Shown one piece after another: positions 52,201 to 61,889 of a stretch of 64,000 nt of DNA. The stretch covers positions 57,352,001-57,416,000 of the forward strand of contig CM059438.1 of the NCBI GenBank assembly GCA_030390025.1, in the 5' to 3' direction. The notes under the pieces are model-generated. The model ran no database searches. It saw only the letters and a list, made by a program, of their open reading frames with translations, and was not told the origin of the DNA. Both the position numbers and the translations under genes were made by a program. Origin of the DNA: Squalus acanthias (lineage: Eukaryota). Position 1 is the first letter of the stretch; the number at the start of each line of letters is the position of its first letter.

Positions 52201-52433
52201 CTTGACATCATGGCCGGTCTTCCCAGGTGTTTTTTTTTAAAAAAAGACTAACACAAGAACCAACACAAATTGACAGGATATGCAGCCAGCAGGTGGTTTG
52301 ACACGTTGGACCCCCTGGGACACATCTCATTGTCTTGGCTGTACTCTTAGTGTGTCTTTGATGTAGGGAAAGATTTGAATAGATTTTGTCTGTGTTTAAA
52401 TTGTGAATTCTGGGAGATTCTCTCACTGCTAAC

Positions 52434-52472
52434 TTACCTGAGGAAGGAGCGAATAGCTCCGAAAGCTTGTAA
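52434..52472 (+). ncRNA. Minimal type I hammerhead ribozyme in pLTR
   Basis: UUAC-CUGAGGA-A-GGAGC-GAAUA-GCUCC-GAAA-GCUU-GUAA: core boxes, 5-bp stem II, palindromic stem III, 4-bp stem I. Confidence 0.85.
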
Positions 52473-53396
52473 AATTAAATAAATCTGTTGGACTATAACC
52501 TGGTGTTGTGCGACTTCTCATTTTTGTCCACCCCAGTCCAACGCCGGCATCTCCACATCATGGGTAAATTTAGGAAAGGGTTAATTTATGACACAGGAAG
52601 TAAGGTTTGTGCATAGTATGCATCATGTGTAAGATTTTATATATACAGATATTTATCTGAAAGTCTTTCCAAATATCAGCCTTGTCAGAATCATTGTTAA
52701 AAGTGGAAGGAGCACCAATTGATCTTTTTTCCATCATGGGTACCAATCTAGGCCATTCCAGGTGCTCAAAATGTCAACCTGATTAGACATGCCTCGCAAC
52801 GCAGACCAGGTTAAAACACCATCACTACATGGACTGAAGCGGTTCAAGAAGACCCATTTTCTCAGGGATACTAGGGATGGGCAATAAATGCAGCCTTGCC
52901 AGAGTCGTCCATGTCCCAAGAGCAAATTTAAAACAAGCTAATTGTGAAAAGTTGTAACAACACACATTTACTGAAAACAGGCAGTCCAGATTCCACTTAG
53001 ACTCAGTGAAGCAAATTGCTGTCTCAATTTTACCAGTGTAGATTGGCTATGACTTAAGTGTAAACTAATGGAAGAGGTTATCCTGCAGACATCGATATTG
53101 CTGCAGTTTATCAGTTTGTACTCCATGTTTTACCATTATACTTTGAGCCACTAGTACCAGTGTTACACAACTTCTAGTATGAGAATGCCGTTACCCCTCA
53201 GAGTCTGAAAGGTTAGCCCTGGGATGGATCTTCCATCCAGTTGTAGTTTTACTACCTGCACTTAGAAGTGTTCAGTATTCTTGGAATAATTCATGCACAG
53301 CACGTACTGTTGAGCTAAGTGCATTTTTATGAGATAAATTTATGGCATTCATAAAAACATTGGAGATGAACTCACGATCAAACCCTTTCTACTTAC

Positions 53397-53471
53397 TTTA
53401 CAGCCACTCGGGATGTCTTAAGTTGACATGATTCATTCAGCTTCTTGTTGTTGAAGTCTCCATGATGAGAC
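53397..53471 (-). CDS. Candidate 75-bp host-gene exon (phase 2-2), SHHGDFNNKKLNESCQLKTSRVAV
   Basis: Pyrimidine tract, aatatag|GTCTCAT acceptor, AA|gtaagtaga donor, open frame, paralogous to two other exons. Confidence 0.65.
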
Positions 53472-53729
53472 CTATATTTTCAAGAAGGATGAAGTAAAAG
53501 AAAGAAATGGAAATGATCATTTTTGTACATTACATGCCTGTTTTTTCATTGTCCTCCTTTGTCCTCCTATTTCTTCTATATGCCCAGAGGCACGTCACAC
53601 ATTAACTGTGGTGAACCAAGTTTTTGCTCAAGTCTGGAAAATAATGAGTTCTTAATGTGCATGTCACCTAGTTGGCAAATGCACTGTCTGGTGTAATAGT
53701 AAGGAATAAAGAACAATCTAGGTTGAACA

Positions 53730-54925
53730 ATCGGAACAGGATTAGGCCATTCAGCCCCTCGAGCCTGTTCCACCACACAATTAGATCATGGCTGATCTGT
53801 ATTTTAACTCCATTTAATCGCCTTGGTTCTATATCCCTTAATACCCTTCCTAACAAAAATCTATCAATCTCAGTTTTGAAATTTTCAATTGACCCCCAGC
53901 TTCAACAGCTTTTTGGGGGAGAGTTGCAGATTTCCACTATACTTTGTGTGAAGAAATGCTTCTAGACATCACCCCTTATTCTGAGCTCCCCCACCAGAGG
54001 AAATTGTTTCTATCTACCATCTTTTGTTTCTTTACTTGTCCCATTATCATCCCCAGTTGCCTTGCACCATCATCCCTTTTGTCATTTAATCTCTCCTGCT
54101 TTCCACCCTATTACAGACCTTTCCTTTTGTTCTTTCCTCCCCTCCCCCTTTCCCTGCCTCTGTACTTGCTTAAAAACTTGTTACATCTCTAATTTTTTCC
54201 ATCTGATGAAAGGTCATCGACCTGAAACATTAACTCTGTTTCTCCACAGATGCTGCCTGACCTGCTGAGTGTTTCCAGCATATTCTGTGGTTATTTCTAT
54301 CAAATCCTTTAATCGTCGTAAACACCTCAATTAGTTCACCACTTAATCTTCTAAACTCAAGGGAATACAAGACTAGTCTATGCAACCTGTCCTCATAATT
54401 TAACCTTTTAACCCCAGTATCATTCTGGAGAATCTGAGCTGCACCCTCTCCAAGGCCAATATATCCTTCCTGGGGTGCGGTGCCCAGAACCCAACACAGA
54501 ACTCTAGTCTAACTAGAGCTTTATACATATGTAGCATAACTTCTACCCCATTGTATTCCAGCTCCCTTGAGATGCAGACTAACATTCCATTAGTCTTTTT
54601 AATTATTTTTTGTATCTGCCCAATAGTTTTTTATAATTTCTGTACATGGAACTCTAAAACTCTCTGCCCCTCTACAGTTCTTAGCTTTTCACAATTTAGA
54701 AAATATTCTGATCTAATTTTACTTAGGTCGAAAGTGGAAGATCTCGCACTTACCTGCATTGAACTCCATCTGGCACAGTTTTGCCCACTCACTTAATCTA
54801 TCAATGTCTCTTTGCAACATTCTGATCCCATCTACACTACTTACTTTGCCACCTAACTTAGCGTCGTCAGCAAACTTGGATAAATGGCTCTCTATTGCTT
54901 CATCTAAGTCATTAATATGAAGACT
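53730..54925 (-). mobile_element. Decayed CR1 3' fragment
   Basis: INDLDEAIESHLSKFADDAKLGG; LERVQLRFSRMILG; CR1 tail. Confidence 0.85.
54018..54297 (+). mobile_element. Penelope-derived pLTR fragment with degenerate hammerhead (54203-54233)
   Basis: CTGATGA-A-AGGTC-ATC-GACCT-GAAA-CATTA; downstream CCACAGATGCTGCCTGACCTGCTG shared with 60261-60408. Confidence 0.7.
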
Positions 54926-54934
54926 GTCCACTTG

Positions 54935-56100
54935 TGACCCCAATATATGTGTCAGCACCTGTGACACTGTACCCCAATATGTGCCAGCACCTGTGGTACT
55001 GTACCCCAATATGTGCCAGCACCTGTGACACTGTACCCCAATATGTGCCAGCACCTGTGGTACTGTACCCCAATATGTGTCAGCACCTGTGGTACTGTAC
55101 CCCAATATGTGTTAGCACCTGTGACACTGTACCCCAATATGTGTTAGCACCTGTGACACTGTACCCCAATATGTGTTAGCACCTGTGACACTGTACCCCA
55201 ATATGTGTCAGCACCTGTGGTACTGTACCCCAATATGTGTTAGCCCCTGTGGCACTGTACCCCAATATGTGTTAGCACCTGTGACACTGTACCCCAATAT
55301 GTGTCAGCACCTGTGGCACTGTACCCAAATATGTGTTAGCACCTGTGACACTGTACCCCAATATGTGTTAGCACCTGTGACACTGTACCCCAATATATGT
55401 GTCAGCACCTGTGACACTGTACCCCAATATGTGCCAGCACCTGTGGTACTGTACCCCAATATGTGCCAGCACCTGTGACACTGTACCCCAATATGTGCCA
55501 GCACCTGTGGTACTGTACCCCAATATGTGTCAGCACCTGTGGTACTGTACCCCAATATGTGTTAGCACCTGTGACACTGTACCCCAATATGTGTTAGCAC
55601 CTGTGACACTGTACCCCAATATGTGTTAGCACCTGTGACACTGTACCCCAATATGTGTCAGCACCTGTGGTACTGTACCCCAATATGTGTTAGCCCCTGT
55701 GGCACTGTACCCCAATATGTGTTAGCACCTGTGACACTGTACCCCAATATGTGTCAGCACCTGTGGCACTGTACCCAAATATGTGTTAGCACCTGTGACA
55801 CTGTACCCCAATATGTGTTAGCACCTGTGACACTGTACCCCAATATGTGTCAGCACCTGTGGTACTGTACCCCAATATGTGTTAGCCCCTGTGGCACTGT
55901 ACCCCAATATGTGTTAGCACCTGTGACACTGTACCCCAATATGTGTCAGCACCTGTGGCACTGTACCCAAATATGTGTTAGCACCTGTGACACTGTACCC
56001 CAATATGTGTCAGCACCTGTGACACTGTACCCCAATATGTGTTAGCACCTGTGACACTGTACCCCAATATGTGTCAGCACCTGTGACACTGTATCCCAAT
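54935..56100. repeat. 32-bp minisatellite (about 36 copies) with higher-order structure
   Basis: Unit GCACCTGTGACACTGTACCCCAATATGTGTTA; two more units at 56330-56392. Confidence 0.95.
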
Positions 56101-56330
56101 ATAGAAACATAGAAACATAGAAACTAGGAGCAGGAGTAGGCCATTCGGCCCGTCGAGCCTGCTCCACCATTCAATACGATCATGGCTGATCATCCAAATC
56201 CAGTACCCTGTCCCTGCTTTCTCACACAGAATCCCCATCGAGCCTGCACCGACACATATCCCACCCTATCCCCGTAACCCCACGTATTTAATTCCCCCTA
56301 ACATATCCCATCCTATCCCTGTAACCCCAT
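56101..56330 (-). mobile_element. V-SINE (HE1-like) 3' part
   Basis: Inverted homolog of 57890-58102 with CR1-derived tail and (TTTCTATG)n. Confidence 0.8.
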
Positions 56331-57034
56331 ATGTGTCAACACCTGTGGCACTGTACCCCAATATATGTTAGCACCTGTGGCACTGTACCCCAGCAGGCGT
56401 CAGGACCTCCAGTTAATAAAACTGGAGAGATCCACTAAAAATATCTATTTGGTCATATGATATGAACATAAAGAAATGTTAACAGAAAGAAACAAGTTTC
56501 TGGGAGCATACTATGCTAATATTGCACTTGGAACAACTAGTGTCTCACAATTCCTAACATTAGGGTGTAGTTCCCATCTGAGTCCAAAAGGATAGTCCTG
56601 CAGAGAGCACTTTCAATTCTGATTCCAGTTTAACACTGACTATTGTCCTTGAAATCCCTCTGCTATATAGTGTACTGTGTTGAGCCAAAATCAGGTTCAC
56701 ACAGGCTATCCAAAACCAGGTTTGGGTTAAAGATCTGATTTTCACTTGTATCGCCGGGTAATAATCAGGTGACAGCGAGCCAGCAGCCTGTTTTACACTT
56801 GATATCAATGGAAAAGAATATCAGAAGTGTAAAATGGGCTGCCGGCAAATAAAAGTGAAAATTGCCCCTTGATAATCTAGAAATGGGTCACCAACATCAT
56901 AACAATAATCCTTACAAAAATTTACATGAGCACATAAACCAATGCACCAAAATGGAGCCAATGCACCAAAAATGGAGCCAGCACATTAAACACAACACCA
57001 GTACATTATAGGTAGAACCAGTGCACTAAAAATA

Positions 57035-57404
57035 GGCCCCGATATTTACTGGGCGGTATTTCCAAGCCGGAGGGTTCCCCAGATGCTGTGGAGTTTTAAT
57101 TCCATGCCGTGTGTGTTTTGTTTAACAGGTTCCCGCCCGACAGCCAGCCTGATTGACAGACTTGGCTCCCTGCCGTGCGGGGGACGCTCCAGAAGAATAG
57201 GTTTACTGCTGCTTGGGATAGAGTTTGTGGGGGGATGGGGGCAGGGGTCGGGTACAGCGTAGTTTGGAGGGTCAGGGGCTGATCGCGGCGGGGTCATAGA
57301 GAGATCAGGGGCAGAGATAGGGTTTCTGGGGGGTCAGCAATCATGGAGGGAGGGGGTGGTCAGTGATCGTGGGGGTTTGTTTTTGGCGGGTTAAAATTAC
57401 CTCC
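57035..57404. mobile_element. Harbinger-type MITE, degenerate
   Basis: GGCCCCGATATTTA ... TAAAATTACCTCC with ATA flanks. Confidence 0.55.
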
Positions 57405-57479
57405 ATAAAATCAGTGCTAAAAATAGAGGCAGTGCACAAAACATAAAACCAGTGCTAAAAATACATCCAATACATAGGC

Positions 57480-58950
57480 ATGGTGGCAGGGCAGGGACTA
57501 GTTAATACCCATGCAAGCAGCACGGGGGTAGGAAGCCCTCCAGACACATATCTCACTGGCAGTGGGTGGAGGTGGCCGAGAGCGTGAATGCCTGGCACCA
57601 AGAACGTGGCTGCAGTGACATAAAAGATGTCATGATCTTACCCGAGTTGTCATGGTAAGAGCACTAATCTCATGAAGCATCTACTCAAAGCTGCTTCACT
57701 TGTACCCTCATAAAATATAACACTGACAGCACTCCCCTCCCCCACCTCACTCTCCCACAGTCACTACACCACATTCTCCCCGTGTCTGCGTGGGTTTCCT
57801 CCGGGTGCTCCGGTTTCCTCCCACAGTCCAAAAATGTGCGGGTTAGGTTGATTTGGCTATGATAAATTGACCCTTAGTGTTAGGGGGGGATTAAATATGT
57901 GGGGTGATGGGATATGTTAGGGGGAATTAAATACGTGGGGTTACGGGGGTAGGGTGGGATATGTGTACTGTGGGGATTAAAGCAGGGGACAGGGTACTGG
58001 ATTTGGGTGATCAGCCATGATCGTATTGAATGGTGGAGCAGGCTCGACGGGCCGAATGGCCTACTCCTGCTCCTAGATTCTATGTTTCTATGTTTCTATG
58101 TTTCCTCACACTCACGACTATTACAACCATCACTTACCCACAACTCACATCTCATGCACACACTATCATCTATTCCACCATGATAGCCACATTCTCCAAA
58201 CATCTTACAACAACCTCAGCAACACTCTGTCCTCTTTCTTGCAGGAGTAGGTTGCACACAATGTGAGGCAGCAGACTGGGTGGGACATGAGGAGGAAGAG
58301 CCCGCTGCGAAACCTGTCCCCACTGGAGTAAAGTGCGCTGGCAATCATGGGCAGGGGATGAGTTGACCTCGGTGCCATTGGGAAGGCTGGAGGAAACACC
58401 GTGCAGGGTTTCTTTATACCTAATCCTCTTTCTTTCTTTTGGCTTCTCTCTCACCCCACACACGCTACATGAAAAGATGCAGATGCTCTCGACACTAACT
58501 TCCATCTCTCCGACCTCTCTCACACCACAAGCTAACCCTTGTCCCTCTCTTTCATTTCAGCTGCTGACACTGTGGAAGCCCCCCCAGCCAGTGGTGGAAG
58601 AAGAGCCCGCACTACCGGATGATGCAGCATCTCTTGATCTGACTCTCGCAAGCTCCAGCTCAGATACTGGCACTACACAGACTTTAGAGGCTAGATTAGA
58701 GGAGGTGTCTGCATGTGGTGACTCGCCGGGCACAAGTGTGCAGGAGCCAGGGCAGGAAGACAGGACACTACAGGTGCCAGTTTGCTAGAGGGAGAGGTCG
58801 CACACTGGCTCTGCTGCAGAGGACTGAGACGTACACCAGGAAATGCTTGGTGCACTGGGCAGTTGCCAGAGAGATTGTGCACAATGTGTGTCAATCCTTC
58901 CTGGAACAAGATTCACAGCATTGTGTGAAGGCAAATATCTGAAGGCTATC
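57480..58950 (+). pseudogene. Decayed three-exon Myb/SANT Harbinger partner gene
   Basis: Donor ATG|gtaag at about 57655, acceptors ttgcag| 58243 and tttcag| 58560; exon 3 ASLDLTLASSSSDTGTT matches ASLYISPADTSSYTGTT at about 40580. Confidence 0.7.
57770..58102 (+). mobile_element. 5'-truncated V-SINE (HE1-like) in Myb/SANT intron
   Basis: V-domain TCTGCGTGGGTTTCCTCCGGGTGCTCCGGTTTCCTCCCACAGTCCAAA followed by CR1-type 3' tail. Confidence 0.85.
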
Positions 58951-59680
58951 TCACAGCTGATGTAAATAGGCAGAACAAGTGCTAGAAGGACCTTGTCACA
59001 GGAGAGGATGGGCTGCGTGCACATCAGGCTTGTAAGAGAAGTTTCAAACACAGGTTCCAGGTTTACAGTTCTGCTCCTGAAAATTCCCATGGCTCTCTGA
59101 AAGTCATCTTGAAAAAGCACAGAAAGACCTGGGTATGAATTTAGTGCAGTTTTATGCACTGACAAAACCTGGAGGAGAAAAATACCTATCTGCTCCCTCT
59201 TCGGGAAGGTGCTGCCACTTTAAGTTGCTGCAGGTTTTTAAATCCTGCAACAAGTTTCCTCCCCCCTCTGGTGCTTTCCTCCCATTTTACCTGGGATTTG
59301 TACTCCTGGGCCACCATACAGCGTGAGTGATTGGTGGGCAGAATTCCCCATCTCCAGTTTACCAACATTGTGAAAGGCTCAAGAGAATTTCAGAGCCACA
59401 GTACCTAACATCAGGGTGTAGTTACCTATTACAGTCCAAAAGCACAGACCTGGAGAAATTGCTTAACAGCCTGACTGTAGTCTTGTGGCCCACGTAGCAC
59501 TGCTCAGCATCCGTACAATATCTCTATTGCACAGTCTACATTATTGAGCCAAGTGTATTTTCACCAAATGGGTTAATGACTTTGTTTAGTTAGCACAGGT
59601 AGGAATTTTACATGAGCATGTTAGCAGTGCCACCAGCGGAACTTTAACCCCATGGAGAATAAAAGATCCACTCTACTCAC

Positions 59681-59752
59681 TGGGAAAGCATTTGTGATGA
59701 ACTAAGAGGATGTGATTCTTTCAGCCTGCTACTGTTGATGTCACCTTGAGAT
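59681..59752 (-). CDS. Candidate 72-bp (or 78-bp with acceptor at 59758) host-gene exon (phase 2-2), SQGDINSSRLKESHPLSSSQMLS
   Basis: Pyrimidine tract ttttttacttcatcctccttag, donor CA|gtgagtaga, open frame, aligns with 53397-53471. Confidence 0.65.
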
Positions 59753-60149
59753 CTATCTCTAAGGAGGATGAAGTAAAAAAGAAACTCTCTTTAGTTATTG
59801 TGCATATCAGAAGCCTGTTTTTTGAACTTCTATCTATTGTATATTCAGAAGCCTGGCATATATAAAGGATATGATAGGTCAGGATTCTCCATAATTCTGA
59901 AAACTTTTTAAAGTGATTTAAATGGTAACAATATTCTTTCCATGCGCGAGTTTGGTGTCTCCGATTTTGGAGTTGTTTGGGAGGGCCTTATTGTATTCCC
60001 CTCTAAAATTATTGCAATGCATTGCATGTTTCACAGGATAACCATCATGTTAGAACACGTTAACGTGTTAAGAAATAGGTAGAGGAATTTAATACCATTT
60101 AATATTGTGTTAAGCGTTTGCTTAAGAATAGCGGTGGTTGGAAAATATA

Positions 60150-60600
60150 CAACAAAAACTTGCATTTATATCGGGCCTTTAACGTAGGAAAACTTCTCAA
60201 GGCGTTTACGGGAACATAATCAGACAAAAATTAACCCAGAGCAAAAGAAGGAGATATTAGAAATACAAACAAAAAATGCTGTAAATACTCTGCAGGCCAG
60301 GCAGCATCTGTGGAGAGATGCTCCACCGATGCTGCCTGGCCTGCTGTGTATTTCCAGCATTTTCTGTTTATATTTCAGATTTCCAGCGTCCGCAGTATTT
60401 TGGATTTTGAAGGAGATATTAGGATGGGTGACCAAGGCTTTGTTAAAGAGGTAGGTTTTAAGGAGGGTCTGAAAGGAACTGAGATAGATGGCGAGGCAGA
60501 GAAGTTTAGGGAGGGAATTCCAGAGTTTAGAACCTAAATGGCTAAATACATGTCCACCAATGATGATGTGAAGGAAGTGGGACTGTACAAGAGGAACGCA
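60150..60600 (-). mobile_element. L2 LINE 3' end
   Basis: Reverse complement of AAAGGCCCGATATAAATGCAAG tail plus FKTYLF-like coding end. Confidence 0.7.
60261..60408. mobile_element. Palindromic mini Penelope-derived insertion
   Basis: 14-bp TSD GAAGGAGATATTAG (60247-60260, 60409-60422); fold-back CAGGCCAGGCAGCATC / GATGCTGCCTGGCCTG. Confidence 0.8.
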
Positions 60601-60604
60601 GAAA

Positions 60605-60892
60605 TGGGGTGATTGTCCTATGAGGAGAGATTGAGTAGACTAGGCATATGTTCCCTAGAGTTTAGAAGAATGAGAGGTGATCTCATTGAAATGTATAAAA
60701 TTCTTAGAGGGCTGTGGATGCTCAGTCGTTGAGTATATTCAAGACAATATTTGGATACTAAGGGAACCAAGGGATATGGGGATAGTGCGGGAAGGTGGAG
60801 TTGAGGTAGAAGATCAGCCATGATCATACTGAATGGCGGAGCAGGCTTGAAGGGCTGAATGGCCTACCCCTGCTCCTATTTCTTATGTTCTA
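60605..60892 (+). mobile_element. CR1 3' fragment
   Basis: SYEERLSRLG...RMRGDLIE and CR1 tail. Confidence 0.85.
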
Positions 60893-61540
60893 TACCCATT
60901 ATCCCAACCCTCTGTCTTCTACTGCCTTACCAATATCCTAACTAGGTCAATAATTTGCCTTCAATTCCATGAGCTTTAATTTTAGCTAAGTCTCATATGT
61001 GGAATCCTATTGAATGCCTTCTGGAAGTCCTTATAAACTACATCCATAGAATATTACCACGTCTACTACTTTAGTTACTTCCTCAAAAAATTCAATTAAG
61101 TTTGTTAGACATGACCAACCCTTTACAAATCCATGTTGGCTCTCTCTAATCAGGCCAAATTGCTCTAAATGCTCAGTCACTTTACCCTTAATTATAGATT
61201 CCAATAACTTCCCCACAACAGATATTCAACTAACAGGTCTATAATTTCCTGGTTTCTCTCTCTCAGCTTTCTTAAATAATGGAGTTACATTTGCAATTTT
61301 CCAATCTAAAGGGACAATTCCTGAATCAAGAGAGCATTTGGAAGATTATGGTTAAAGGATCTGCAATTTCCTCACCTACTTCCTTTAAAACTCTGGGGTG
61401 GAAAACATCAGGTCTTGGGGATTTGTCAGTCTTCAGTGCCATTATTTTTTCTAATACTGTTTTCTTGCTTACGTTAACTTTAGTGAGTTCCAGTCCTTGA
61501 TTCATTATTAGTTTCCCTGGAATGTCAGGTATATTCTCTG
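60893..61540 (-). mobile_element. CR1 RT internal fragment
   Basis: ESQHGFVKGWSCLTNLIEFFEEVT. Confidence 0.85.
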
Positions 61541-61889
61541 TTTACGACGGGATAGGTAAGAATGGATCCAGGTGAGGGAAGTCATACTTAGCTGAACAAT
61601 GGAGGAGAGGCGTTGGAGGAAGATGGAGTGGTCAACTGTGTCAAAGGCTGCAGACAGCTCAAGAAGGATGAGGAGGGATAGTGCACCACAGTCACAATGG
61701 ATGTCACTGTAAGTTTGATTAGGGTTTTATCAGTGCTGTGGCAGGCGTGGAAACCTGATTGGAGTGGTTAGGGTTGCAGAAAAGATGGGCACAAATTTGG
61801 GAGGCAACAAAAGATACAAGTACGTTGGAGACGAAAGGGAGGTTGGAGATGGTGAGGCGGTTTGCAAGGACAGAGGGTCAATGTTAATG

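Larger units (their letters stand above)
51466..52560 (+). mobile_element. 5'-truncated Penelope-like element with inverted pLTR
   Basis: 13-bp TSD TGGGTAAATTTAG (51453-51465, 52561-52573); about 165-bp inverted repeat 51466-51630 / 52361-52525; GIY-YIG ORF. Confidence 0.93.

Noticed and set aside
54935..56100. CRISPR-like array or Cys-rich repeat protein ORFs
   Set aside because: Monomers are contiguous with no unique spacers and no cas genes; the ORFs are translations of the minisatellite
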